The notes under the pieces are model-generated. The model was not told the origin of the DNA, did not search any database, and was given only the letters and a program-made list of their open reading frames with translations. The position numbers and the translations under genes were made by a program. Below, one piece after another: positions 26,124 to 37,344 of a stretch of 64,000 bases of DNA (positions are counted from its first letter, which is position 1; every line of letters begins with the position of its first letter). Origin of the DNA: a virus (taxonomy: Duplodnaviria; Caudoviricetes); the IMG/VR virus record IMGVR_UViG_3300045594_000116, positions 64,001-128,000 of that record. The stretch is one strand, 5' to 3'.

Positions 26124-27119
26124 TTATTTCATATCAAGTACATGCTCTACGACATAGTCACGATCTACATCGATAAGGCCCATGGTGTTTACCATTTCAA
26201 GAACAGTATACATTACACGAGTATCATTGAGCACTTTACCTACATTCAAGCTTCCACTTTCATTTACATATCCAGCTTCCTTGAACTTAGGATCTTTGAT
26301 CATCGACTCACTGAACTGACGTACCATTGCGCCATAAAGATTAGTGCTCTCACCATATACAGATGCAACCTTTTTCTTAGCTGCTACTGTATAATCTTTA
26401 ATGACAGCCTCATTAGTAGTTTTACCAATTTTAGCTTTGGCCGCAGTATAGATATCTTTGATCTGCTGTTTTGCCTCGGAGTTCTGGTCTACGAAATGCG
26501 TAACTGCATCTTCAACCCTCTTCGAGATCACTCCAGCGAGTTTGTTAGGAGTGCATCCCTGAATTGTATGAATGAACTTATCTGCATAATCTTTATCAAG
26601 AGTATAGCAGATGTCAGTTTCATCATCAGGGCATTCCTTGCATTTCTTTTTGCTGCTTTCCATGACGACTTTAACAAGGTCATTGATCTCATTAGCGTAT
26701 TCACAAAGATATACGTTCTTATCCTGCATTGAGAATAAGAGATCCCCGATCCCGTTCTCTGCAATGATGCTTTCAATGATACCATGGCCGAGACTGGTCT
26801 GATGCTCATTATAACCATCAAGCGCAGCGATCTGGTCGAATGGAACAGCAAGGGCTTCAGCAAGAAGACTTCCTCTGAGAATTTCACCGAATTCCTTAAT
26901 CTTTTTCAGATTCTTTTCTTTCTTGTCGAGCTGTGCCTTACTCTTCTTGAATTTTTCGTCTTTAGCCTGAATAGCCATTTTGGATGCATGTTCACGAAGA
27001 ATGCTATCCTTCTCCGCCTGAGAAGCCTGGCTAGGGCCAAACACGGATTCTCTAAGGCGAGCCGCCTCACGTTGTCTACGAGCTGATCTGAATTTAGCAT
27101 AGTTATCTACGAGTTCCAC
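26124..27119 (-). CDS. Putative virion structural protein
   Basis: GGAGG RBS then GTG at 27119; in an operon downstream of a late-type motif; many hydrophobic-x-E-S sites. Confidence 0.65.
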   Translation of the reverse strand: MELVDNYAKFRSARRQREAARLRESVFGPSQASQAEKDSILREHASKMAIQAKDEKFKKSKAQLDKKEKNLKKIKEFGEILRGSLLAEALAVPFDQIAALDGYNEHQTSLGHGIIESIIAENGIGDLLFSMQDKNVYLCEYANEINDLVKVVMESSKKKCKECPDDETDICYTLDKDYADKFIHTIQGCTPNKLAGVISKRVEDAVTHFVDQNSEAKQQIKDIYTAAKAKIGKTTNEAVIKDYTVAAKKKVASVYGESTNLYGAMVRQFSESMIKDPKFKEAGYVNESGSLNVGKVLNDTRVMYTVLEMVNTMGLIDVDRDYVVEHVLDMK

Positions 27120-27134
27120 GTTTGTCACCTCCAA

Positions 27135-28190
27135 TTAAAATATAGAATCACCCTGCGGAACACTGTTACCACCTTTCGGAACGGTAGGATTAGTATCCAC
27201 AACGTCATCGTATTTCATCTTTTTGCTTGTACGTTCAATTTCCTTAGGAGCAGCTTTCTCCCCATAGGTCTGATCGATACAAATCTTGTTAGAGATGGCT
27301 TTGAAGAACTTTGCAATAGCCTTCTGCTTCTTAACAACATCATCGCGCTTACCGACCGTAGCACTGTTGTTCATCTCAATATCCCGAGCATTCATTTCCA
27401 GAAGATCTGCCTGAATATCGAAATACTGACTTACTCTCGTGCGAAGCGAGAAGAAGAAGAATGTCAGCTCACGAAGAATCGGGAGGATGTTCATCAGAAT
27501 ACCAGCGATAGCTGCTACACCGGCAATGACAGCAAGATCATCTACACCAGTGATTTTCTTTACACGGCCCTTGATAAGAGGCTCGAATGCTTTATTGATC
27601 TGATCTTTCTCGCAAGCTTTATTGAAGCCGCAGAGAGAATGATATACCATTGATTGACGAGTACGAGCAATACCAGCTTTATCCAGAGCAATCTGGAATC
27701 CATCGGAATTTGGTACTTTTACATATTCAATCGTTGCAGCGATCATGTAAGACAGACTCTCAACAACCGAAAGAACCATCTCGCAATACGTTACCTCAAT
27801 GATCTCTACATCAGCCATATAGCCACGAGTAAAGATCTGCTTATGCTTTTCGATGTTAGCAAGGCATCTAGAAATCTGGTCAATCGGTTCTGTGTCCTGG
27901 TTATACTGCTTGATCAAATCATGCAGAATGCCGATACACTCAACCATATCATCATATTTACTAAGCTTGCGAACATCGCCTTTAGTATCAGGAATCTCGC
28001 CAAAGTCGATCTCATCGACCTTACTTACAATCATCTGATACAGCTTGGACGTAAGAGCAAGAATAATACTATTCTGCTCTGCTTCTACTACAGGGGTCTG
28101 ATCCGCTTCGATAAGAGAGCAGACTTTGTTTCTCGTAGTAGGATCTTGTAAATCAAGCATTAAACTTGATTCTCTAAACAAAGTTCTCAT
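27135..28190 (-). CDS. Putative virion structural protein (one hydrophobic helix)
   Basis: GGAGG RBS, 351 aa, same operon. Confidence 0.65.
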   Translation of the reverse strand: MRTLFRESSLMLDLQDPTTRNKVCSLIEADQTPVVEAEQNSIILALTSKLYQMIVSKVDEIDFGEIPDTKGDVRKLSKYDDMVECIGILHDLIKQYNQDTEPIDQISRCLANIEKHKQIFTRGYMADVEIIEVTYCEMVLSVVESLSYMIAATIEYVKVPNSDGFQIALDKAGIARTRQSMVYHSLCGFNKACEKDQINKAFEPLIKGRVKKITGVDDLAVIAGVAAIAGILMNILPILRELTFFFFSLRTRVSQYFDIQADLLEMNARDIEMNNSATVGKRDDVVKKQKAIAKFFKAISNKICIDQTYGEKAAPKEIERTSKKMKYDDVVDTNPTVPKGGNSVPQGDSIF

Positions 28191-28207
28191 TGATATCCAC
28201 CCTCCAA

Positions 28208-29464
28208 TTATCGATTCGTTGCAAGGAGATTGATAATCTTCTTGTAGTTTCCGCTCTCTTCACGTTCCAGATGAGCATAAGACATAACTTCATACTGACC
28301 AGAACCATCATCAAAGAGGAAGCTTACTTTCTCAAGCACTTCATCGACAACAACGAATGCCATCACATTATATGCATCCATGATAGGAAGGATATTGCTA
28401 CCTTTCAAAACACGAATACGCTCTTCTTTTTCAAGAGTATCTGCAGTATCTTTAGAGATAAGCAGAGTGGTGATAGCGGATGCATCATTCATCATGCCGG
28501 TGAACCGTTTAATACGACTCTTGATGGCACGACGCTCAAGCAACTTCCAAACACGGTCAGAAGAACCACGCCCAGATGTAGAGAGAGCATCAAGCTTAGC
28601 CCGATCAATAGCAAAGACAAAATCTTTCCAGAAAGAAATTTCACGGGTAGAAGCACGCAGGAAATTGAACAGACCATTGCGATCCTTGTTTTTGATAACA
28701 AGACGATTGATCATATCCTGGCGAGATACATACTGCAGCTTAGCCTTTACGCCAACTACAGCCGTCTGAGGAACACACGCACCATCGACATTTGCATAGA
28801 ATTTGATAGTAATGAGTGTCGGAACAAGTTCATTTGCTTTCTTTACGTCAGTTGCAATCTGCTGCTTAGCAACAAAATCCTGCTCTGCCGCAAACTGGTC
28901 ATCTTCATTGGAACGAGCTTCAGTGATAGGAACACCATAAGAATTCTGGTTTACACCAAAACGAGAAAGTGAAGGATTCATAACTCCTTCATTCATATGG
29001 TAGTCAATGTTTTTCATATCTTCCATTACAGCTTTAAACTGAGATGGATCAGTGATCTCGATACCCGTAACAGAACTAGACTCATTAGAAATCTTGTCCA
29101 TGATACCGATGAACTCGTTTACATCGAGCTCGTCATCAAGCTCAATATTCTTATGAAGCTGACCGATATACTCGATAGCATTACGGCTATCTGAGATATT
29201 GATTGCTGAGAAGAGCATCTGTAACATTACAACTGCTTTTCTCTCTATAGCTTTGCAGCACATTCTTGCAGCATCCACCGTCACACTTTCTTCCGCAATG
29301 ACAGGGAAGACAAGAGTAAGATTAGATGCACCCTTTGCGATGCTTCTATATGACGTATTGGTGAAGATACCCTTTAACGGTTCAGTTTCTGAATTAATTC
29401 CGCTAATTACATCCACGATGTCACGAAGAACAGTCTCATGGATCTGTCTAGGATTTTTATTCAT
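28208..29464 (-). CDS. Putative virion structural protein
   Basis: AAGGAGG RBS, 418 aa; late motif GACA tatcag TAA at 29486-29498. Confidence 0.65.
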   Translation of the reverse strand: MNKNPRQIHETVLRDIVDVISGINSETEPLKGIFTNTSYRSIAKGASNLTLVFPVIAEESVTVDAARMCCKAIERKAVVMLQMLFSAINISDSRNAIEYIGQLHKNIELDDELDVNEFIGIMDKISNESSSVTGIEITDPSQFKAVMEDMKNIDYHMNEGVMNPSLSRFGVNQNSYGVPITEARSNEDDQFAAEQDFVAKQQIATDVKKANELVPTLITIKFYANVDGACVPQTAVVGVKAKLQYVSRQDMINRLVIKNKDRNGLFNFLRASTREISFWKDFVFAIDRAKLDALSTSGRGSSDRVWKLLERRAIKSRIKRFTGMMNDASAITTLLISKDTADTLEKEERIRVLKGSNILPIMDAYNVMAFVVVDEVLEKVSFLFDDGSGQYEVMSYAHLEREESGNYKKIINLLATNR

Positions 29465-29560
29465 CTGTGATTACCTCCTTTAAGTTTACTGATATGTCAG
29501 AAAAAATAAAAAGGCCACGCCAGCCAATTCAATGGAATCAAGACGATTTAAGATAGAATC

Positions 29561-29767
29561 TTAATCGAACTCAAATTCAATTATCGGTGGTTTCTGCGGT
29601 GTAACTTTTACCTCCCTCCTTTCTGCTTTAGATTCAGATACTTGCTTCGGAGAATCATCAACGTAATGGTGATACACATGCTGTGTATTGTCACCTCCAA
29701 ATCTATTGATGTTATTCTTCTTACAGTATCTCAAGTAGCTAGCATTTGGTGGTTCGAGTCTTATCAC
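29561..29767 (-). CDS. Small hypothetical protein
   Basis: AGGGG RBS, GTG start; early-type motif variant TATATCATA-ataa-TGA at ~29869-29884. Confidence 0.5.
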   Translation of the reverse strand: MIRLEPPNASYLRYCKKNNINRFGGDNTQHVYHHYVDDSPKQVSESKAERREVKVTPQKPPIIEFEFD

Positions 29768-29914
29768 AATATCATACCCCTATCTTATTGAATTTCTGTT
29801 CGGATGCGAATCTCTACCGAAAAACTATAACGTGGGATAGGATATGTATTGGACAATGCTATGACCTTTCATTATTATGATATATAAGTCAATCCGATAT
29901 TAACCTACCGTGGA

Positions 29915-29927
29915 AACATTTGAATAA
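29915..29927 (+). promoter_or_regulatory. Putative late promoter
   Basis: AACA tttgaa TAA. Confidence 0.6.
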
Positions 29928-29952
29928 TTTAACGAGATTGGAGGGAATTAGC

Positions 29953-31077
29953 TTGGCTGAAAATGTAGGTAGCACTGGCGATTATTACGATAATAATACT
30001 GATAGTGATGGTAATGTGTATGACCAGGGCTCAGTACAAAAAGGAATGAACAAAGGAGCTACAAAAGACTCTGCTTATCAGAGTATAATTGATAAAACCA
30101 ATGCTGATGGAAATCTGATAAAAGTTATGCATGCTAATGGCATTTATGATAGATCAGATTTCAATGACTGGGGTACATTTTATCGGTTCCAGCGAATGGA
30201 CCCGTATAGATTAGCACCTAATTCAAAGGAGTATATATTCATCACCAAACCTGATTTGCATATTTTTGAGGGATCTGCTGATACACTCAATCCAGAAATT
30301 GCTGGTAATGCTTTCTTCGTGGATCTTATGACTAGGGGATATGGTACCGTTCTTAAGAATCTTCAGTATTCTGTAGATACGTCTTGTCCTTTTATTAGAG
30401 CTTTTACTAATCTGAAGAGATCTAATGTAGACTTGACTGCTATTACAGCTGGAGATCAGGATACCGCATCCAACATGTTCAACACCAAAATGACATATCG
30501 AAAGAGTTCATTCTCTTCCGATGAAGATGCTGATTTCAATATAGAGTTCGAAGACTCTAAGTATCTTGAAGTTTATCTTTGGTTTAGGGCATTTGATGAA
30601 TATGAGAGAAAGAAGTTTGAAGGGAGAGTAACACCTCCTTCACAGAGTTATACCTTCAACAAGATTCTTCATGACCAGATGACCTTGTTTAAGTTCATCG
30701 TCGGAGAGAATGGAGAAGATATTATTCACTACTCTCGAATCACTGGTTGCTATCCTAAGAATGTAAACCGAGATGCTTTTGGCGATATGCCTGATGATGG
30801 TCATATCAAATTAACCACATCATGGAAGGGAACATTCGTAAAGGATATGGACCCAGAGATTATTGCCCACTTCAATAAACTCGTATCTGCCAATGGTGTA
30901 TCCGGCACTGGATATGTGGATGTATGGGACGACTCTATTCAGGCTATTAGTGGTGAAGATGTAACTATGCCATATATCTCTGTCGACTATGTGCCTAACT
31001 CAGATTATCTTCAGTATAGACTCAAATGGAGAGGTTATACTGATACTAGTACAACTACAGATACTACTTCAAAATAA
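29953..31077 (+). CDS. Tail-tube-like / baseplate structural protein
   Basis: GGAGGG RBS with TTG start; FNIEFEDS..VY.WF..TGCYPKNV pattern typical of tube-fold proteins; adjacent to the wedge gene. Confidence 0.55.
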   Translation: MAENVGSTGDYYDNNTDSDGNVYDQGSVQKGMNKGATKDSAYQSIIDKTNADGNLIKVMHANGIYDRSDFNDWGTFYRFQRMDPYRLAPNSKEYIFITKPDLHIFEGSADTLNPEIAGNAFFVDLMTRGYGTVLKNLQYSVDTSCPFIRAFTNLKRSNVDLTAITAGDQDTASNMFNTKMTYRKSSFSSDEDADFNIEFEDSKYLEVYLWFRAFDEYERKKFEGRVTPPSQSYTFNKILHDQMTLFKFIVGENGEDIIHYSRITGCYPKNVNRDAFGDMPDDGHIKLTTSWKGTFVKDMDPEIIAHFNKLVSANGVSGTGYVDVWDDSIQAISGEDVTMPYISVDYVPNSDYLQYRLKWRGYTDTSTTTDTTSK

Positions 31078-31095
31078 GGATGGTGATATAAGCAA

Positions 31096-33723
31096 ATGGC
31101 TACAACAACGACAACCAAACTATCTACAGATGTATATGATATAGCTAAGATAGTAGAAGCTATAAAACAGAAGTACACTGAGATTTCTGAAGATACATTA
31201 GCATTGGGTATCTATGGATACTTCAATGAAATGCATACTAATATCCTTGAGAATACAACCGTTATGGCTGCAAACTACGCAAATGAGGCTGTTCCTACGA
31301 AAGCTAAATTTGAACGTAATGTAATTTGCCATGCAGTTTCATTAGGGATTAACAATATCCGTGCAACTCCGGCTGCTATACAGGTTCTTTATGCTATTCC
31401 TGAGAAGGAGCTAATAGCAAATATGCAGGATGATACATTCATTCTGGATAAAGAGATTACTGTTACATTTGGATCTGATCCAGCATTGCAGTATGATTAT
31501 ATACTGGACTATGATATCGTTATAAAGCGTAATCTGCTTCCAACTGGTAAGTACGTTTATACTGCATACTATAACATGAATAAATGGAATGAAGTATCAG
31601 ATATCGATACTCCATACCTTCCAGCTATCGCTGTTATAAACTACGGGCCTGATAACTTTATTGCTCTGAGTACAATTCTTAGAGAAGTCACCCATAGCCA
31701 GGTTTATAAGAAGATCACTGTAACTAACCCATTAGAGACTATGACAGTTAATTTTGGGTTTGAAAATCAGTTAGCTTATTTCTACGTAGAAGCAGTAGAA
31801 GACGGTGTTACTCATACCCTTGAGTGCTGCTACGATGGCTTATACTCTACAAAGGGAAATGAATACTGCAACTACATGTATATCGACGATAAGAATATTC
31901 GTATCAAGTTCAATCGTGATTCTTATCAGCCTAGAACCAATGCAGATGTAACGGTTCATGTATTTACTACTCATGGCTCTGCTTGTAACTTCTCTTACAA
32001 AGAGAACATTCAACAGGAACTGCCGTCAAAGAGATTTGGATACAAGAACATGTACTGCATCATTCGTCCACTTACTGATTCTCAGGATGGCGTGGACAAG
32101 ATGGGTATTGAAGCTATTAGAGCAGCAATACCTAAACAGATGCTTATGAGAAACAGTGTAACCACTTACACTGATCTGAATAACTATTTCAACTCTTTGA
32201 ATAATGAGTATATCAGACTTTTGTTCTTAGAGAAGATTCATAATCAGGAAGAGAGATTATTCTATACATATCTTCTTTTAAAGGATGATAATCTTAATAT
32301 CATCCCTACTAATACGGTAGACGTTACTTTTAGTAGAGATATGTTTGCAAATATCAATCGCTTCAACTATACATTAGCACCTGGCTCTATGTTCTACCAT
32401 GATAAAACCCAATGCAAAGGGATAGATCAGCATACGGATGCCGATGTTACTAGATATGATAGCAATGGATTTTTATATTTTAATCCATTTCTTACAGTAA
32501 TTAATAAGAACCCATTCTTCGTATCTTATTATCTAAACGTGCTAGACTATTCTCGGGCTATGATCTTTGACTATGTCAATGATAAGTCTGAGGTTCAATT
32601 CATCGCTGGTGATAATATCACTGTTAAAAGAGCATACTTTACTGATAGGGATACTTATAAGCTTAGAGTGTTGCTTACACAGAATATCACATCTGACTTT
32701 GGCCTTGTTGCTACAGATGATTCTGGTACTATTACTAGCACTAAGGTCAAGTTGTTCGGAGTAGTTTATATCGATGGATCTCCATACAGATATCTGGAAG
32801 CTACACTGACTAACTATGATGATAAAAACTACATCTACACTTTTGACATGACTTTCAAAACAAATGATGTAATAGACAAAAATGGAAAGATCTACGTGAC
32901 TAAAGGGCTTACCCAGCCAATGCAGTCAGCAGAAGTTTCCACTTACCTTCCGGCAAACATCGAACTCAAGATGTTTGTTCTTGCTAAATTCGATGAAGAG
33001 TTTGGAAGATCAGAAGGAAGTATAGATGCTATTATTCCTAGTGGGTTAACTGGATATACTCTTTGTAATATCTATTCTGCTAAGAATGGTATAGATCTGT
33101 ATTATGACTATAGCAACATAGTCGGCTCTTATATTACACTTAAAAAGAACGATGATTCTTCTTATACGTATTTTATCAAGAAGATGCCTATGGTGCGCTG
33201 GACATATATGAATACAGAAGCTAGATATAAGAAGCTGGTCAATATATTGGAGAAGAGAAGACTTTATATGGAGAACTGCTTAGTTCTCTTAGAGGATTCA
33301 TTCGGTATTGATTTTAAGTTCTTCAATACATATGGGCCAAGCTTACTCTACTATATCGATCAGAATACTGACGATACGTTGAACAAAGTAAATCTCTCAC
33401 TTACATTCGAAGTCAAGTACAATATGCCTGATGATGCTAAATGCCAGCCTGAGATTACTAACTACATTAAAGAATACCTTGAAGATATCAATGATATCAG
33501 AGATCTGCATTTCTCTGTGCTTCAAGGAAAAGTTCTTGATAAGTTTTCTTCTCAATTGGTATACTTCCAGTTATATGACGTTAATGGTTATAGCAATGAC
33601 CATCAGAACTTCTATAAGAGGAATACAGATGAATTTGTTGAGGCTCACACTGTTCCAGAGTTTATCAATGTAAATACCAATACAGATGAGACTGCAGATA
33701 TCAAATATAGGGTAATTTCATAA
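31096..33723 (+). CDS. Baseplate wedge subunit (T4 gp6-like)
   Basis: NEAVPTKAKFERNV..HA.SLG..ATPA and G.D...IE.IR..IP....R.SVTT..D motifs of gp6/BaseplateJ-like proteins. Confidence 0.7.
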   Translation: MATTTTTKLSTDVYDIAKIVEAIKQKYTEISEDTLALGIYGYFNEMHTNILENTTVMAANYANEAVPTKAKFERNVICHAVSLGINNIRATPAAIQVLYAIPEKELIANMQDDTFILDKEITVTFGSDPALQYDYILDYDIVIKRNLLPTGKYVYTAYYNMNKWNEVSDIDTPYLPAIAVINYGPDNFIALSTILREVTHSQVYKKITVTNPLETMTVNFGFENQLAYFYVEAVEDGVTHTLECCYDGLYSTKGNEYCNYMYIDDKNIRIKFNRDSYQPRTNADVTVHVFTTHGSACNFSYKENIQQELPSKRFGYKNMYCIIRPLTDSQDGVDKMGIEAIRAAIPKQMLMRNSVTTYTDLNNYFNSLNNEYIRLLFLEKIHNQEERLFYTYLLLKDDNLNIIPTNTVDVTFSRDMFANINRFNYTLAPGSMFYHDKTQCKGIDQHTDADVTRYDSNGFLYFNPFLTVINKNPFFVSYYLNVLDYSRAMIFDYVNDKSEVQFIAGDNITVKRAYFTDRDTYKLRVLLTQNITSDFGLVATDDSGTITSTKVKLFGVVYIDGSPYRYLEATLTNYDDKNYIYTFDMTFKTNDVIDKNGKIYVTKGLTQPMQSAEVSTYLPANIELKMFVLAKFDEEFGRSEGSIDAIIPSGLTGYTLCNIYSAKNGIDLYYDYSNIVGSYITLKKNDDSSYTYFIKKMPMVRWTYMNTEARYKKLVNILEKRRLYMENCLVLLEDSFGIDFKFFNTYGPSLLYYIDQNTDDTLNKVNLSLTFEVKYNMPDDAKCQPEITNYIKEYLEDINDIRDLHFSVLQGKVLDKFSSQLVYFQLYDVNGYSNDHQNFYKRNTDEFVEAHTVPEFINVNTNTDETADIKYRVIS

Positions 33724-33745
33724 TCAACCGAAAATGAAGCATATA

Positions 33746-33758
33746 AACATATTAATAA
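33746..33758 (+). promoter_or_regulatory. Putative late promoter
   Basis: AACA tattaa TAA upstream of the head-protein cluster. Confidence 0.6.
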
Positions 33759-33808
33759 AATCTGCTGCCTAATGCAGCTAGGTTACATTTAAAGGAGGAA
33801 TAACAACT

Positions 33809-34930
33809 ATGTTTATTGGTGAAAATACACTGTTCGGCACTGCTCCGACGGTACACGTAGAAGCTGATACTAACTATGATGGCGGCATCGGCTGCCAGGT
33901 AGCTATGGTTGAAAGCTATCAGAATGAATTCGAATTCCTTAAAGCTGCTGTATTGGCAGACGTCAAGGAATGCGCTATGATCAGCGAGTCTGCTTCTGAG
34001 GAAGATATTGCTGCTATGCAGGAAGGCGTTCTCAGCTCTGTATGGAACAAGCTCAAGGAGCTTGTTAAAAAGATCATCGCAAAAGTGAAAGGTATCTTCA
34101 AGGGCTTCATCGCTCGTCTGGAAGCTTTCATGGGCAAGAACGGTTATGCTTTCTTCGAGAAGTATAAGAAGGTTCTGTATGATGGTACGGACATCAGCAA
34201 ACTGAAGTTCGAGTATTGTGAGCCGAAAGAGAAGTTCTCTCCAGACGGGAAATTCAAAGGCATCAACTTGATGCCGGTTGTTGGCTCGATGGGAGACGAT
34301 GACGATGCGACGGATATCGAGGAGAAATTCCTTGATAGCATTTCTGGCGGTATCTGCAAAGATGCCAAGACGGTTGCTAAAGATCTGAAGGATCATTACT
34401 TTGATAGTGAGACCCAGACTGATGCTAAATCCAGTGACATTGGCAAGTATTGCCAGTACATCATGGACAAGACTTCCGTTGTAACGTCGCTTGAGAAGGT
34501 CCAGAGCAAAGAAGAGTCTGAGATGAACAAGTGGGTCGCAGAGATCGACAAAGCTGCCAACAACCAGGCTTCCAACATTGCTGACGTTGCTGCTGGTAAA
34601 GATACGTCCAATCCTAAAGATATGTCTTTCCGGCATAACGGAAATGGTGCTAAAGCTTTTGGCCAGGCTAATACCGCAAGCCAGAAGATTGTTACGAAAT
34701 ACCAGCGTGCAGTTGGTGCTGCTAGCCGCGCTCTGAATTCGTACAACAGCGCTGCTATGAGCGTTGCTAAATTCGGCGTTGCTCAGTCCCGCCGTGTTGC
34801 TGCAATCATCGTTGCTTACAAGAGCCGTCATAAAGGCAGCAAGCACGAGTCTGCTGATCTCGATCTGTATCTGGATGCAGTTGGCGAGGCAGCTGAGATT
34901 AACACTCTTACAGAGCTTGAGTCTCTGTAA
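33809..34930 (+). CDS. Internal head protein-like, paralog 1
   Basis: Acidic N-terminal propeptide then MQE|GVLSSVWNKLKELVKKIIAKVKGIF amphipathic helix, as in jumbo-phage internal head proteins; strong codon bias. Confidence 0.7.
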   Translation: MFIGENTLFGTAPTVHVEADTNYDGGIGCQVAMVESYQNEFEFLKAAVLADVKECAMISESASEEDIAAMQEGVLSSVWNKLKELVKKIIAKVKGIFKGFIARLEAFMGKNGYAFFEKYKKVLYDGTDISKLKFEYCEPKEKFSPDGKFKGINLMPVVGSMGDDDDATDIEEKFLDSISGGICKDAKTVAKDLKDHYFDSETQTDAKSSDIGKYCQYIMDKTSVVTSLEKVQSKEESEMNKWVAEIDKAANNQASNIADVAAGKDTSNPKDMSFRHNGNGAKAFGQANTASQKIVTKYQRAVGAASRALNSYNSAAMSVAKFGVAQSRRVAAIIVAYKSRHKGSKHESADLDLYLDAVGEAAEINTLTELESL

Positions 34931-34960
34931 TTCAAATAAAAATAGAGGAGGAAAACTAAC

Positions 34961-36001
34961 ATGTTTATTGGCGAAAGCACATTGACCGGCCATTACCTGG
35001 ACAACGTTCAGGCTGAGGCCGTTGAAATTGATAATGCACATGAAGCTATGATCGCTGCTACGGCAGTTGATGAAGCAAACTTCAATGCAATTATGGCTCC
35101 GTTCGCAGTTGCAGAACTGAATGCACTTCGCGAGGGTGCTGATCCGTTCACGACCGTATATACGGAAGGCACGCTCAGTTCTTTCTGGGAGAAGGTAAAG
35201 GCTTTCTTCAAGAAAGTTTGGGCAAAGATCAAAGGTATTTTTGCTAAAGTTATGACGCGTCTTGACGCTCAGTTCCGCAGTGGCAAATCCTTCTGGGATA
35301 AGTACAACAAGGAGCTGGCTAGCAAATTTGCAAAGATCGACAAAGATAAGGTCAAATTTGTTGGTTACAAATATGACGTTAAAGCTCTCACCGATGATGT
35401 AGCTACTCCGGCTACTGGTGAGAAGAACTCCAACGTATATGCTACGAATGATGCTGATCGCGATGAAGAGATTCTCGATAAGTATCGTGGCGAAACGGTT
35501 GGTCAGGGTTCTCTGGCTGCCAACGAGTATTCCAAAGAGCTCCAGCAGCATTTCCGCGGTGGAGATACGACGAAGAGCGAAGTTGACGGAGTAAATCTCT
35601 CGTACATCGCTTCTTTCCTCAGCTCCGATAAGCTCATCAGCGATGTGAAGAAAAACTTCCGCATCCTTGAAAAGGCATGCGAAGCTAATATTCGTGACGC
35701 TGAGAAGAAGTCGAAAGAGCATATCGATCAGAACGTTGAAGCTTCCAAAGGCGACGACAAGAAGGCTAAAGAAAGTGCACAGTCTGCAGTTTCTTCCGAT
35801 CAGCATTGGCTTGTTATCGCTCGTGGTCGTCTTGCTATTGCTCAGCAGTATGTAGGCGCACAGGTATCCGCTATCCAGAGCGCTATCGGCCAGGCTAAAG
35901 GCTTTGCTGGTCAGGTTCTGCGTGCATCCGTTAAAGAGGGCGCTGCTCTCGAGGGTGCTTATGGCAGCAACGATATCTTCGGCAGCGTAAAGCTTAAGTA
36001 A
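34961..36001 (+). CDS. Internal head protein-like, paralog 2
   Basis: Shares the MFIGE start; YTE|GTLSSFWEKVKAFFKKVWAKIKGIF. Confidence 0.7.
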   Translation: MFIGESTLTGHYLDNVQAEAVEIDNAHEAMIAATAVDEANFNAIMAPFAVAELNALREGADPFTTVYTEGTLSSFWEKVKAFFKKVWAKIKGIFAKVMTRLDAQFRSGKSFWDKYNKELASKFAKIDKDKVKFVGYKYDVKALTDDVATPATGEKNSNVYATNDADRDEEILDKYRGETVGQGSLAANEYSKELQQHFRGGDTTKSEVDGVNLSYIASFLSSDKLISDVKKNFRILEKACEANIRDAEKKSKEHIDQNVEASKGDDKKAKESAQSAVSSDQHWLVIARGRLAIAQQYVGAQVSAIQSAIGQAKGFAGQVLRASVKEGAALEGAYGSNDIFGSVKLK

Positions 36002-36078
36002 GAAAAAATAATAGAGTATATATTTCAGGCAATGGCTTAGTCCATTGCCTGTTATATTACTTTTAAGGAGGATAAAAA

Positions 36079-37344
36079 ATGGCTTCAATATTTAGCGCAC
36101 AATCCTTCCTCAAAGAGTCTTCTATTTACTCTATTCAGTTAGATGATAAGGGAACTTATAGAGAGGAATCTTTCTTCATGGAAGGTTTGGATTTCCTTAC
36201 TGAAATGCAGAAAGAGAATGTAAGATATAGAGCTGATCTGTATCGCGCAGTTGCTGAGTCTGGTACCAATATGGTAGCAGTTCATGAAGCATTTACTGAT
36301 TTCTTTGGGCATATCAAGGATTTCATTAAGAAGGTAATCAACTTCTTTAAGAAGCTGCTTGCAAAGTTCTGGGTACGTATAAACAGCATGTTCCTTCGTG
36401 ATAAGTATATTACGAAGCACAAAGACGAACTTAAGAAGTTCGAGTCGAAACATGAGTTCGACTTCAATGGATTTGAATATACGTTTAGCGATAACATTCC
36501 ATCGCTGTCTGTAATTGAATCAGTTAAAAATGCTGTTACTACACTTGCAGATGAAGCAACTGAAGAAGGAAAATGTAAGACGTTCAAGAGCAAGAAAGAC
36601 CTTGAGACTGCTTACAAAACCTTTACGACCGAGAAATGCGAATCTTCATATCTTGACAAGCAGCGCGGATCGATTCTTGGCAATAAGCGTGGCATCAGTG
36701 AAACGGAGTATAAGGATGAACTCTTTAAAGTCTTCAGAAACAATGAGGACAAGAAGGGTAAGATTACTGCCAATGCTACACTGGTAAACAAATGCCTGTA
36801 TGATTTCGAGAAATACTCAGAGATCAAAAAGAAGACAGAGCATCAGCGTGATGAAGTGGAAAAGGCATACAATCTTATCGAAAAGGGTTTTGATCGGATT
36901 CATAATGCGGTATTCGGCAAATCTGGCAAGGAAGTCGATGTCCTGGATATCGTAGATACTGCTGATGAAGATCGTACCCAGCTAATTGACATGTTCGCAA
37001 AAGAGAAGGCTGTAGAAGTACAGGAGATTTCCAATCTTCATGTAATGGCTTTCACTGCTAAACTTGATGCACTTAGAGATAAGTATGCTCAGGATAAGGC
37101 TGTAATGTATGCGGCATTCAAGAAGATTCTTGCGAAAGAGAAGATGTTCGCTAAAGAATCTGCTGAACTCGATGAAGTTCTTGAGCATAACGATATCGAT
37201 GCTATCATTGATACTCATGTCCGTGATGCAGTTCCAAGCGAGGACGATTCTGATAAGAAAGAACCTTGGTCTAACACTGATAAAGATACGTCCGTAGCAG
37301 ATGCTACAGACAGCGGCAATAATGGAGGTGAGTGCTGTGCGTAA
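36079..37344 (+). CDS. Internal head protein-like, paralog 3
   Basis: VHE|AFTDFFGHIKDFIKKVINFFKKLL. Confidence 0.7.
   Translation: MASIFSAQSFLKESSIYSIQLDDKGTYREESFFMEGLDFLTEMQKENVRYRADLYRAVAESGTNMVAVHEAFTDFFGHIKDFIKKVINFFKKLLAKFWVRINSMFLRDKYITKHKDELKKFESKHEFDFNGFEYTFSDNIPSLSVIESVKNAVTTLADEATEEGKCKTFKSKKDLETAYKTFTTEKCESSYLDKQRGSILGNKRGISETEYKDELFKVFRNNEDKKGKITANATLVNKCLYDFEKYSEIKKKTEHQRDEVEKAYNLIEKGFDRIHNAVFGKSGKEVDVLDIVDTADEDRTQLIDMFAKEKAVEVQEISNLHVMAFTAKLDALRDKYAQDKAVMYAAFKKILAKEKMFAKESAELDEVLEHNDIDAIIDTHVRDAVPSEDDSDKKEPWSNTDKDTSVADATDSGNNGGECCA

Noticed and set aside
33752-36088. 778-aa minus-strand ORF
   Set aside because: Antisense shadow of two strongly codon-biased head genes; no RBS and no protein-like motifs.
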